Shown here: one piece after another, positions 26,630-35,763 of the stretch | How the letters are laid out: every line of letters starts with the position of its first letter | Numbering within the stretch: the first letter of the stretch is position 1 | Virus record (IMG/VR): IMGVR_UViG_3300037042_006682 | Span: 64,001 to 128,000 of that record | Strand: one strand, 5' to 3' | DNA: 64,000 bases | Source of the DNA: a virus | Program-made: the position numbers and the translations under genes | The notes under the pieces: model-generated | Told to the model about the DNA's origin: nothing | The model's database searches: none | Seen by the model: the letters and a program-made list of their open reading frames with translations, nothing else

Positions 26630-29071
26630 CTACTCGCGGCCCTGGGCCACCATAAACCGCGTGGCGAGCCCCGCGAACCACGCCACCACGTCCTGCACGG
26701 CCTCCGCGCCCCCCGCCCCGATCACCGCGGCGTCAGCCACCGCGCGCTTGCTCTCGATCAGCTCGATCATGTCAGTGTCGAACGTGTCCTCACCAGCGAG
26801 CCAGTAGGAGTTGATCGACTCGGCCTCGCTGCCGATGCGGTGCACACGCCCCTCGGCCTGGTTCATGTCCGCGGCGTGCCACCCGAACTCCACGAAGGCC
26901 ACGGTCCCCGCGCACTGGAGGTTCAGGCCCACGCCGGCGGCCTTGAGGCTGCACACGATCACGCGGCACGCGGGGTCCTTCCAGAAGCGGTCCACGGCGT
27001 CCGCGCGCTCGCGGTCCGTGCTCTCCCCGCTGAGGGCCACGGCCCCGTAGGGGGCGAGGGCCGCGAGGAGCTTGCCCTGGATGGCCTTGTGGTGCGCGAA
27101 CACCACGAGCTTCTGGCCCTCGGCGCCGTCGAGCCACGCCTCGATCCAGTCGACCGCGCTGGCGAGCTTGAACTCGGCCGCCATCTGGCGGAGGGCGTTG
27201 ATCCGCACGAGGGCCTCGGCGTGGAACGCGCGCTCCGATAGCGAGCCCTTGGCCTCGCGGAGCCACTCGATGGCGTCGCACATGGCGTCCGCGAAGGCGG
27301 CCTTGTCCCGGATCTCGCAGGGCACCACGGTCCGCTGGAGGGCCGGCAACTCTTTTACGACGTCCGCCTTCTCGCGGCGCACCATGCAGGTCGCGCGCAG
27401 GCGGCGGTTCAGCTCGCCGAGGTTGCTGGCGCCGCTGAGGTCCCACCCGTAGCGGCCCTGCGTGGCCTTGCAATACTGCTTCACGAACGCCCAGAACCCG
27501 CCGAACTCGCCGAGGCGCCCGAGCACGTCGAGCTGGTGCACCAGCTCCACGGGGCGGTTCATGATCGGGGTCGCGGTGAGGAGCAGGCGGGACTTAATGC
27601 TCTTCATGAGGGAAAGGCCCTTAACGCGCCCGGACTGTTGCGTTTTCGCGTCCTTGATCGCCTGGCACTCGTCCACGATGATCGCCCGGAAGCCGCGCGC
27701 CGCGACCTCGGGGGTGGGCTCGTACACCGTGCGCTCCCGGCCGCCCTTGCCCGGCGCCTTGACGGCGACCGTGAGCTTGCTGAGCTGCGCGTAGTTCACG
27801 ATCACGAAGTCGCCGCTGAGGTCGATCTTGCCGTTGACCTCGCTGCTCGTGCGCCCCGCCAGAAACTTGTCGATCTCCTTGCGCCACTGGCGCTTGACCG
27901 CCTTCGGCGCGATCACGAGGCAGGGGTAGGCGCCGAGCTGCTCGACCGTGATCATGGCCTGGGGGGTCTTGCCGAGGCCCGTGTCGTCGGTGATGAGGAC
28001 GTTCCTGTTGGCCACGGCGTAGGCGATGCCCGCCTTCTGGAAGGGGTAGGGAGTGACGCCGGCGGCCAACCCGGTCAGGGTCACCTCGGCGTCGGCCGCG
28101 CGGCTCGCCTCGACGTTGGCCAGGGCCTGGGCCACCGTCGCCTGCCCGAACGTGGCCACCGCCGCCGCCACGCGCCAGTTGAAGCGGCCCGCGAGGGCCT
28201 GGACCGCCGTGCAGTTCTCCGCCGTCGCCTTGACGACCCACACCCGGCGCTCGCCGTCCCAGCGGCGGCCCTGGAGGTCCTTGATCGCCGCGGTGGCCTC
28301 GGGGCTGTAGGGGGTGCGCAGGATGAGCTGGCCGTCCACGAGGGTCACATGGTCGGCCTTGGGGGCCTCGGCCTGGGGGGCCGGGGTGGCGGCGTCCGCG
28401 GCGTGGGCCGCGAGGAGGGCGCGGGCCACGGCGGGGCAGGCGATCTCGAAGCGGTCGAGGATCGCGAGGAGGGCCGCGGCGTTGCCGCGCATCGCGGCGA
28501 CCCAGATGCGGCGCGCGCCGTCCCAGCGGCGGCCACTCAGGGCCTTGACCGCCGCGGTGAAGTCGACGTCGTAGTGGGTCTGGAAGAGCAGGTCCTGCCC
28601 CTCGACCCAGGCCACGTACGCGCAGGTCTTGGTGTCGGCGAGGGCGCGGCGGTCCGAGGGGCAGCCCGCGCTCGCCGCGTAGGTCGCGAGGGCCACGGTC
28701 TTGAGGGCGGCGGCGGTCGCGGCGGCGGCGCGCGCCTTGAAGGCCTCGTAGTTGGCGTGGCGGTCCACCCCGACGCGGGGGAGGGCGTCCACGTCGATGC
28801 CGAAGCCCGCGAGCTGGCCCTTGTAGGTGCGGCAGAGGGCGCTGACGCCCGCCACGTCCTCGGCCGTCCAGGCCTCGGGGGCCACGGCGGCAATGGCGCG
28901 GCCGTAGGAGGTGTCCGAGGCGCTGAACCCCACGTCGTCCTTCTTCTTGGCGCCGTCACAGACGCCCGCGAGGGCGCGCACGGCCGCGTGGAGTTGCTGG
29001 GCAAGGGCGAGCAGCTCGTCGGAGGTGAGGGCGGCGAGGGCGGCGAGGGTGATGATCGTGTTGGCTTCCAT
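26630..29071 (-). CDS. SNF2-family helicase with two HARP-like domains (SMARCAL1-like annealing helicase)
   Basis: two 'Y....A.K.L.GRRWDG.RR.W' repeats; DDTGLGKT, DECQ, LTATP, QAEGRVHRIG; AGGAGG RBS. Confidence 0.9.
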   Translation of the reverse strand: MEANTIITLAALAALTSDELLALAQQLHAAVRALAGVCDGAKKKDDVGFSASDTSYGRAIAAVAPEAWTAEDVAGVSALCRTYKGQLAGFGIDVDALPRVGVDRHANYEAFKARAAAATAAALKTVALATYAASAGCPSDRRALADTKTCAYVAWVEGQDLLFQTHYDVDFTAAVKALSGRRWDGARRIWVAAMRGNAAALLAILDRFEIACPAVARALLAAHAADAATPAPQAEAPKADHVTLVDGQLILRTPYSPEATAAIKDLQGRRWDGERRVWVVKATAENCTAVQALAGRFNWRVAAAVATFGQATVAQALANVEASRAADAEVTLTGLAAGVTPYPFQKAGIAYAVANRNVLITDDTGLGKTPQAMITVEQLGAYPCLVIAPKAVKRQWRKEIDKFLAGRTSSEVNGKIDLSGDFVIVNYAQLSKLTVAVKAPGKGGRERTVYEPTPEVAARGFRAIIVDECQAIKDAKTQQSGRVKGLSLMKSIKSRLLLTATPIMNRPVELVHQLDVLGRLGEFGGFWAFVKQYCKATQGRYGWDLSGASNLGELNRRLRATCMVRREKADVVKELPALQRTVVPCEIRDKAAFADAMCDAIEWLREAKGSLSERAFHAEALVRINALRQMAAEFKLASAVDWIEAWLDGAEGQKLVVFAHHKAIQGKLLAALAPYGAVALSGESTDRERADAVDRFWKDPACRVIVCSLKAAGVGLNLQCAGTVAFVEFGWHAADMNQAEGRVHRIGSEAESINSYWLAGEDTFDTDMIELIESKRAVADAAVIGAGGAEAVQDVVAWFAGLATRFMVAQGRE

Positions 29072-29125
29072 TGAGGCCTCCTGGCGCCAGGCGCCGGTTT
29101 GTTGATGGGACCATGCCCACTCAGA

Positions 29126-29154
29126 AACGTAACGCCGCCAGCCGGGTTTGTCAA
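29126..29154 (-). promoter_or_regulatory. sigma70-like promoter TTGACA-N17-TACGTT
   Basis: same -35/-10 as the promoter at 1398-1426. Confidence 0.75.
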
Positions 29155-29186
29155 CAACAGATCAACGGGGGTGTGGGGGGGGGGCC

Positions 29187-29837
29187 TCAGAGGGGGGGCA
29201 GGCCGATGGGCTCCCAGACCGCGGCGCTGAGGCGCACCGTGGGGGCGTGGGTCTCCAGCCACGCGATGGCGCGCCGGCTCGGGGTGTGCGCGATCCCCCC
29301 GCGCCACGCGATGCTCGCGGAGGCCGCCAGCATCCGCGCCGCCACCGCGATGTCCGCGGTCCCGCACCCGTAGGCCCGCAGCTTCGCCGCGAGGGCCGCG
29401 GGGTCCAGGTGCCCCCCGTCGTACCAATAGGCCATCTCCAGGTTCGTCGCGTAGGCCTCGGCCTCGTAGCGCGCCCGCGCCGTGGGGTCCGTCATGTAGG
29501 CCCACTGCCAGCGCCAGCCCCCCGCGTCGTACTGCTCCACGTGCTGGTGCTCGTGGACGCACGTCGCGATCTCCTTGGCCAGCACCGCGGGGTCCTGCGA
29601 GGCGCCCACCGCGTAGGGCAGGTAGATGGTGCGGCCGATCGTGGTCGCATATCTCTTCATGAACGTCTGGGCGTCCTGGATCCCCATGAGGTCCAGGGCC
29701 CACCCCGCCGCCTGCATCGCGTTCGAGCCCCCCTTCTGGACCACCCGGCTGTGGTAGCCGCTGCTCATGTACCCGTACAGGTCGATCACTAGCGCCGGGG
29801 TCAGCGCGTGGTGCTCAGTCGTTGGGCTCGTCGTCAT
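29187..29837 (-). CDS. zincin-like metallopeptidase domain protein
   Basis: TTIGRTIY...VHEHQH...YEAEAY. Confidence 0.7.
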   Translation of the reverse strand: MTTSPTTEHHALTPALVIDLYGYMSSGYHSRVVQKGGSNAMQAAGWALDLMGIQDAQTFMKRYATTIGRTIYLPYAVGASQDPAVLAKEIATCVHEHQHVEQYDAGGWRWQWAYMTDPTARARYEAEAYATNLEMAYWYDGGHLDPAALAAKLRAYGCGTADIAVAARMLAASASIAWRGGIAHTPSRRAIAWLETHAPTVRLSAAVWEPIGLPPL

Positions 29838-30002
29838 CGTCGCTCCTCACCTCCCCGATCCACGGGGAGCCTAGCCGCCAGGACTCGTCCTCCATCGCCC
29901 AGCGCGCGCGCAGGCGCCGCGCCTGGCGCTCCTCGTACTCCGCCGTCTCTTTGTCCACCTAAATGCGCCTCCAGGTCCAGGACGCGGGCCCCCGGCGCCC
30001 AC

Positions 30003-30377
30003 TCAGGGGACGGTGTCCCCGGCATCGCCCGCATCGACCATCTTGCCGGCGTCGGCAAAAGGGTCCCCCGCGTCCCCGCCGCACTCCGCGGCCGGCACGC
30101 ACGCCTCTTGGGCGGGGCAGCACGCCCAGACCCCCGGCGTCACGGTCGCGCAGTCCGCGACGAGGCCCCAGCGGCGGTCCGCGTCGCAGACCTCCAGGCG
30201 CGTCCCCGCGCACCGCAGGGCCTCGGGCGCGCACCCATCCGGGGCCGCCCTCGTGAGGTCGCACCCCGCGAGCACCATCGCGAGCACCCCGACGCCGATC
30301 CCCGCCCCGAGGCACAGGCCCACCAGGGCCCAGATCCACCGCTTTATGGTGTGCTTGTCGTCGCTCTGCATCCCCAT
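30003..30377 (-). CDS. Cys-rich lipoprotein
   Basis: hydrophobic signal + LAGC lipobox; C-rich repeat; DAG repeats. Confidence 0.65.
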   Translation of the reverse strand: MGMQSDDKHTIKRWIWALVGLCLGAGIGVGVLAMVLAGCDLTRAAPDGCAPEALRCAGTRLEVCDADRRWGLVADCATVTPGVWACCPAQEACVPAAECGGDAGDPFADAGKMVDAGDAGDTVP

Positions 30378-30384
30378 CGCTCCT

Positions 30385-30402
30385 TGCGCACGCGCGTGCG
30401 CA
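30385..30402. promoter_or_regulatory. 18-bp RY palindrome TGCGCACGCGCGTGCGCA
   Basis: abuts the AGGAG RBS; identical to the copy before the tmRNA. Confidence 0.6.
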
Positions 30403-30406
30403 GCCG

Positions 30407-30622
30407 TCAGTTGAGCTTGATCGCCGGGGTCGACGTTACCACGGCCCCCGGCGGCACCGCCACGATCGTCAGCTGGATCACATTGTTGGGCGTATCGAGG
30501 TCCAGCCGCGCCCAATCGTAGGGGGGCACCCCGACCCCGCGCTCCTTCAAGCCGTCCGTCAGCAGCTCCACGGCCTCCTGCAGGGAGAGGCGGTAGACCC
30601 GCGCCTCGCGCACCTCAGCCAT
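30407..30622 (-). CDS. hypothetical protein
   Basis: GGAGG RBS. Confidence 0.6.
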   Translation of the reverse strand: MAEVREARVYRLSLQEAVELLTDGLKERGVGVPPYDWARLDLDTPNNVIQLTIVAVPPGAVVTSTPAIKLN

Positions 30623-31055
30623 CGGCGTCCTCCAGCCCGAGGAAGCCCTCGACGCCCGCCAGCCCGAGGCACGCGGGGCACGTGTCGAGCGCCCACGCGG
30701 GGCTCCGCCACACCCGCAGGCACGCGGGGCACGCCGCGGGGTGCCAGGCGTAGCCCAGCGCGGCCGAGAGCGCCGCCCGCAGGGCCGCCGGGGCCTTGCT
30801 CACCGGGATCACCTCGACGGTGGGGTGCGCCGCCACGTGGGCCGGGGCCCGGATCCGCGCCACGACCGCCTCGGCCGCCGCGCGGTGCGCCGCCTGGACC
30901 ACCACGAGCGGCTGGTCCCCCGCCACCGCGAGGTACCGCGTCACGCGCACCATGGGGATGATGTCCGCCCCAGGGCACCCCCACTGCGGCTGCGCCGCCA
31001 CGATGTCCGCGGACGCCGGCACCAGGGGCTTCTTGCGATTCTTCTTGCCGGCCAT
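30615..31055 (-). CDS. hypothetical protein with C-terminal Zn ribbon
   Basis: CPAC...W..DTCPAC. Confidence 0.55.
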   Translation of the reverse strand: MAGKKNRKKPLVPASADIVAAQPQWGCPGADIIPMVRVTRYLAVAGDQPLVVVQAAHRAAAEAVVARIRAPAHVAAHPTVEVIPVSKAPAALRAALSAALGYAWHPAACPACLRVWRSPAWALDTCPACLGLAGVEGFLGLEDADG

Positions 31056-31693
31056 CAGAGGAGGCCCCCCGCCTTGGCCTTGGCCCGCACCTCGACCGCC
31101 TTGTCCAGCGAGGGCAGCGGGGCAGGCGGCGCCTCGTAGGCCCGCGCCTTGAGCACGCGCTGCTCCTCCGTCGCCGTGTCCAGCATCCGCGCGAGGTCCG
31201 CGAGGTTCGCCTGGTCGCTCAGCGCCTCGGGGTCGGGGTCCTCCCCGAGGGATCCCGGCAGGGCCGCCACGCTCGTCGCCGCGGGGCGCCCCCCCACGTA
31301 CCCCGGCCGGTCGATCGGCGGGGCCGTCAGCGCGGGGCTCGCCGCCGCCGCGAGGGCGTCCCGCTGCGCCACCAGCAGCTTGAGGAGGTCGCGCACGTCC
31401 GCGAGGTCCCCCCGCAGCTCGGTGAGCTGCCCATCCACGTAGGTCACGCGCTCCCGGAGCACGGCGTAGGCCGTCTCCGCCTTGGCGTCCGCCACGTCCG
31501 CCTTGGCGTCCGCCCCGCTCAGAAACGCGAGGTTGCCCGGCACCAGGGCCGCGAGCAGCAGCAGCGCCTTGCCCGCCAGGAGGAGCCACGCGCGCTTCGT
31601 CCGCGCCGCCGGGGCCTGGCTCGCGGGGCCCGCCCCCGTCACGGTCTCCGCCGCCGCGTCCACTGTCTTCTGCACGTCATCCGCGAGCGTCAT
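31055..31693 (-). CDS. membrane-anchored coiled-coil protein
   Basis: AAGGA RBS; TM followed by heptads. Confidence 0.65.
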   Translation of the reverse strand: MTLADDVQKTVDAAAETVTGAGPASQAPAARTKRAWLLLAGKALLLLAALVPGNLAFLSGADAKADVADAKAETAYAVLRERVTYVDGQLTELRGDLADVRDLLKLLVAQRDALAAAASPALTAPPIDRPGYVGGRPAATSVAALPGSLGEDPDPEALSDQANLADLARMLDTATEEQRVLKARAYEAPPAPLPSLDKAVEVRAKAKAGGLL

Positions 31694-31743
31694 GGTTGAT
31701 TGTCCTTGTTAAATCCTGTTTTTAACATCTTCGCTTAACCCCA

Positions 31744-32058
31744 CTAGGGCATCACGGGCAAGGTCTGCCCACAAGTCGGGCAGCACCGGGCGCCCAGCCG
31801 GCAATCCACGCAGGTCTCGATCGCCCAGGGCTCACAGGTGTGTACCTTGCCGCAGGCCGGGCACGGCGCCTCGTAGTTCACCAGATCGTGCTGCGCCGCG
31901 ACCTCCGCCTTCCGCTCCGCCGACATCTCCGTGTAGGGCGGGATCGCCACGGCCCGCAGCCAGGTCTGCGCCTCCGCGGGCGTAGTCCCGATCCCCGCCG
32001 CCGTGGTGCCGTCCTCGAAGGTAAACAAGATCATGTGCAGCTGATTGTCATTGTCCAT
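31744..32058 (-). CDS. Zn-ribbon protein
   Basis: AAGGAGG RBS; CPAC...WAIETCVDC...CPTCG (resembles the 30615-31055 C-terminus). Confidence 0.65.
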   Translation of the reverse strand: MDNDNQLHMILFTFEDGTTAAGIGTTPAEAQTWLRAVAIPPYTEMSAERKAEVAAQHDLVNYEAPCPACGKVHTCEPWAIETCVDCRLGARCCPTCGQTLPVMP

Positions 32059-32067
32059 GGGTCCTCC

Positions 32068-32364
32068 TTAGGCCTCCGTGGGCGCCACGCGGTCCGCGGG
32101 GCGCGTCCCAATGCAGAACGCCATCTCCCCCGTGGAGCCGTGGCGCTCAATGTACCACTCCGCATACGCCGTCCGCGGGGGTTCCCCCACGCGCTCCCAG
32201 AGATCCGCCACGAAAAAACACCCCTGTCCCCCACAGAACCGCGCCCGGTGCTCCGGGGCATAGCAGGGATGCCACTGCATCGCGGGGGCCCACGCCAGGG
32301 CGCCCCCGCAGTCCGGGCACTCCCACCGCAGGGCCGCCTCCACACACACCTTGATCTCATGCAT
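32068..32364 (-). CDS. hypothetical protein
   Basis: CPDCG; overlap with neighbour. Confidence 0.5.
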   Translation of the reverse strand: MHEIKVCVEAALRWECPDCGGALAWAPAMQWHPCYAPEHRARFCGGQGCFFVADLWERVGEPPRTAYAEWYIERHGSTGEMAFCIGTRPADRVAPTEA

Positions 32365-32737
32365 CGCGGCCCCCCTGCGACGGATTCCCCACGCCGCACA
32401 GGGCCAGCGCCCGCTGGTCCTCCTCGCTGGTGATGGCATCGATCGCCCGCTGTCCCCCCCCCGCCGCCGTGGGCAAGGGCGTCACCGTGAAGATCGCAGC
32501 GGGAGCCGCCACCGGCCCCTCCCCCATCCCCTTGGCAGCCTGATAGGTCAAGATCGCGGCAATCAACCGCTGCTGTGCCGGCACACTGTGGGGATCCATC
32601 AACAGCTCCGTGAAGCGGTACGACACCGGCCGCGCCCCCGGATCCCCCGCCAGGGCTTGATCCTCGATGGTCTTCCCATGCACTCGTATCCACGCGATCG
32701 CCTCGTCATAGGTCAAAGGGCCTCCTCCGTCGGCCAC
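32357..32737 (-). CDS. hypothetical protein
   Basis: ORF in gene chain; start uncertain. Confidence 0.5.
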   Translation of the reverse strand: MADGGGPLTYDEAIAWIRVHGKTIEDQALAGDPGARPVSYRFTELLMDPHSVPAQQRLIAAILTYQAAKGMGEGPVAAPAAIFTVTPLPTAAGGGQRAIDAITSEEDQRALALCGVGNPSQGGRDA

Positions 32738-33303
32738 GCCGACGAGATCTGCAACGGGATGTACGGATACCAGATCGTCCCTGGCAGCAGGTCCGGTGGC
32801 GGCACGATCGGCGACGGGTACTGCGACTGGTGCAGATCGAGGGCGGACACCGTAAGCCGCATCACATGGACGCGCATCTCAGGGCACTCCTCGATCTCCA
32901 ACCCCGTCACCGTCGCCTTGGTCATCGCCACCGCATGGTCATAGCGCGCCCAGCCCCGCCACCCCTCCCAGCCCCCAAAGGCCTCAGGGTCGTTGAACTG
33001 GGCGACCACCAACGCGCCGCATGCTGGCGGTGCCCGGAAATGACGATTCACCCAATCGAGGAACGCCTCCTCCCGCCGGATAATCCCGCCGAACACCAAC
33101 TCGGCCGCCTGCATCCCATGCCGCGCCACGTGATCGGCCACCATCTCGAGGGGCAGATGGTCCGTCGTCACGCTACCCCGTGCATACCCATAACGGGGCA
33201 CCTCCCGCTGGATGCGCACCACGCACTCCTGCGCCACCGCCTGGATCCACCCGCTGGAGACATCCTCCGTCTGGAAGCTCAACCGATACCGCACAGGACT
33301 CAT
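32713..33303 (-). CDS. hypothetical protein
   Basis: AGGAGG RBS, ATGA overlap. Confidence 0.6.
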   Translation of the reverse strand: MSPVRYRLSFQTEDVSSGWIQAVAQECVVRIQREVPRYGYARGSVTTDHLPLEMVADHVARHGMQAAELVFGGIIRREEAFLDWVNRHFRAPPACGALVVAQFNDPEAFGGWEGWRGWARYDHAVAMTKATVTGLEIEECPEMRVHVMRLTVSALDLHQSQYPSPIVPPPDLLPGTIWYPYIPLQISSAWPTEEAL

Positions 33304-34004
33304 CGCGTTTCCTCCTGGTGCCGCGCGCACCGCGCCCACGCCTCCGGGGTCAGGCCCCGGTCGAGGTCCGCCCAGACCGCATCCTGCACCGCCTCGGCCG
33401 CCAGCGTCCCGTCAACCCGCTTGACCACCCCCGTATCCAGCGCCACGTCCCACACGAAGCTGTGGTAGGCCGCGACGACCTTCTGGTGGAACGTCTGCTC
33501 CTCGAACCGATCCGGCAAAAACCCGCGCGCCCGCACCCGTTGCCAGAACACCCCAGCGGGCCCGTCCAGGATGAACGTCATGTCCGGCGCCACCCACCAC
33601 GGCACCTCGGGCACCCCGTGATCCCGCGGCACCCCGGCCCGCACCTCGCGCGCCAGGGCCATCATCCGCTCCAAGTGCCCCCCCTCGGAGAGCCCCTGGT
33701 AGACCACCGTCGAATGAAAGAACCGATCGCAGACCACGACTACGCCCTGCCGCAGCAGGGGGCGGATCACGTGCTCCACGTGCCAACAGCGGTCCGCCGC
33801 GAAGAGGTGGGCGAGCCCCCGCCAACTGAGGTGCACGCCACCCCGCAGGTACTCCCGCAAGGTATGGCCGATCGGCCCGTGCGAGGGCTCTGCCGTCGCC
33901 TGCGCCGCGATCCCCATCCCCTGTAGCCGAGCGACCAGCAGCGCGGTCTGCGTCGTGGTCCCCGCGCCATCCGCACCCTCGAATACGATGAACGGCGCTC
34001 TCAT
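33300..34004 (-). CDS. tmk: thymidylate kinase
   Basis: FIVFEGADGAGTTTQ, TAEP, LFAADR, VVCDRF..S..YQG, PD...LD. Confidence 0.9.
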   Translation of the reverse strand: MRAPFIVFEGADGAGTTTQTALLVARLQGMGIAAQATAEPSHGPIGHTLREYLRGGVHLSWRGLAHLFAADRCWHVEHVIRPLLRQGVVVVCDRFFHSTVVYQGLSEGGHLERMMALAREVRAGVPRDHGVPEVPWWVAPDMTFILDGPAGVFWQRVRARGFLPDRFEEQTFHQKVVAAYHSFVWDVALDTGVVKRVDGTLAAEAVQDAVWADLDRGLTPEAWARCARHQEETR

Positions 34005-34705
34005 TCGGCCACCTCATCGGGCACGACACCGACGATGTCCACCTCGCTGAACAAGTCCACGGCGTCCCCGTGTTTGGCCCGCACGACACAGGCATTGAAC
34101 AACGAAATGATGCGCACCTCCTGGGGTCCCTCGACCGCGCCCCGCTGCAACCACAGGACGCACATCCGCCCCTTATAGACCGCGTACTCGCTCATCTTCA
34201 CCCACGCAAGCATCGCCGCGTCCATGTCCCCTCGTGGAATGCGGCACAGCGTGATCGACCGATTCCACGCACTCCCCGAGATCGGCGTCCGTGCCGTCGC
34301 CGTCTCCTCTTCGATGTGGACCGCCCTCATGGGAATGCGCGTCGGCCACGCCTCCCAGGCATCAAACGTCGTCGTCCCCTCGGGGGCCAGGTAGAGGTCG
34401 ATCCGCGAGGGCACCATGCAAGACGGCACCCCCTCCTGAATGTCGCCCACTTCGGTCAACGCCAACGCCCACACCGGCTGACCAAACCCCACGAACCGCG
34501 CCTGTTCCGTCCGCTGACACGCCGCGATCCGCGCCGTGAGCCAGCGCCCCGTATAGACCGCTGCCCCGTGCTCCCACTCGCGGAACACGATCGTGTCCTC
34601 CGCCGCGTACTGGCGGTCGTCGCCGAACCGGATCTCCAGCGTCTTCGCCCCGCGGGCGATCTCCACAAAATAGGCGCGCCAGATCTTCAACTCGTGCGTG
34701 ATCAC
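34001..34705 (-). CDS. ASCH/DUF3850-domain protein with C-terminal extension
   Basis: HELKIW..YF..I..G.KT.EIR..D.R.Y...D...FREWE. Confidence 0.75.
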   Translation of the reverse strand: MITHELKIWRAYFVEIARGAKTLEIRFGDDRQYAAEDTIVFREWEHGAAVYTGRWLTARIAACQRTEQARFVGFGQPVWALALTEVGDIQEGVPSCMVPSRIDLYLAPEGTTTFDAWEAWPTRIPMRAVHIEEETATARTPISGSAWNRSITLCRIPRGDMDAAMLAWVKMSEYAVYKGRMCVLWLQRGAVEGPQEVRIISLFNACVVRAKHGDAVDLFSEVDIVGVVPDEVAE

Positions 34706-35761
34706 AACGGCAATACCTCCTGCGCCAGCCGCCGCGCGGCCACCGCACAAAACTGCTCCTCGCGCTCGATCCCGATCACGCGGCGCCCCAGCTCCTTGGC
34801 CGCGCGCAGCGTGGTCCCGCTCCCCATGAACGGGTCGAGCACGAGGTCCCCCTTGTGGCTGCTCACGCGCACCATCTGCTGGATCAGCGGCAGGGGCTTC
34901 TGCGTGGGGTGCTGCCGGTCGGTCTCCCCGCCGAACCGCCAGACCTCCCCCCATTGGTCGTGCTTCGTGAGGTTGAAGGGCCGGCGCAGGGCCTCGTACT
35001 CGCGCTTCAGCTCGTTGTACTCGCGGCGCAGCACGTCGGCCTCCCGCTGCAGCAGCGCGAGGTCGCGGTCCAGGGCGGGCTCCCCGTCCGCAGCCCGCGC
35101 CGCGTTGAACAGCTCGCGCAGGCGCAGGTAGTGGGCCTCCGTGGGGAGGGCCCACTGCGAGCTGCTGAACCAGTGCCCCGCCATGTTGGTGTTGAGGGCG
35201 CGGTTCACGTCCCCCCGCGAGAGCCCGGCCCGCGCGCGCTCCCCGTCGAGGTAGGCCCGGATGGGCTCGAAGATGCGCCCCCGCAGCTCGTCCTCGACCC
35301 GCGTGCGGTGCTCCTCGGCCCCCGGCCGGAGGCCCTCCCCGCGCTGCTCCGCGAAGACGATGCGCTCGTTGTTGCGCGTCCAGTAGGTCCGCAGCATCTC
35401 GAAGTCGACCTGGCCGTTGGCCCCCGGCTTCTGCCACGTGATGTTCGCCAGCACGTGGAACTGCGCCCGCATCGCCACGTCGACCCGCGTCAGCATCTGC
35501 GGCGAGGTGAAGACGTAGAGGCTCCCCCGCAGCTCCAGGATGCCCCGCAGCAGGCCGAGCACCCCGTCGAGCCACGCGAGGAACGCGGCCTCCGTCTCCC
35601 ACTGGTTGTCCCAGTCCTCCTCGACGACCCCGCAATAGGGGGGGGTCCGCGATGACGAGCTGCACGCTCGCCAGCTCCAGCTGCGGGAGCACCTCCTCGC
35701 AGGCCCCGCAGTAGATCGTGACCCCATTGCGCTCGTCGGCGTAGTACGGCGTCAGCGCCAT
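34702..35761 (-). pseudogene. beta-class N6A/N4C DNA methyltransferase frameshifted at a C8 tract in DPPY (phase-variable or sequencing error)
   Basis: LVIADPP in one frame continues as PPYCGV...HPTQKP...VLDPFMGSGTT in another; G8 at 35638-35645. Confidence 0.85.
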
Positions 35762-35763
35762 CG

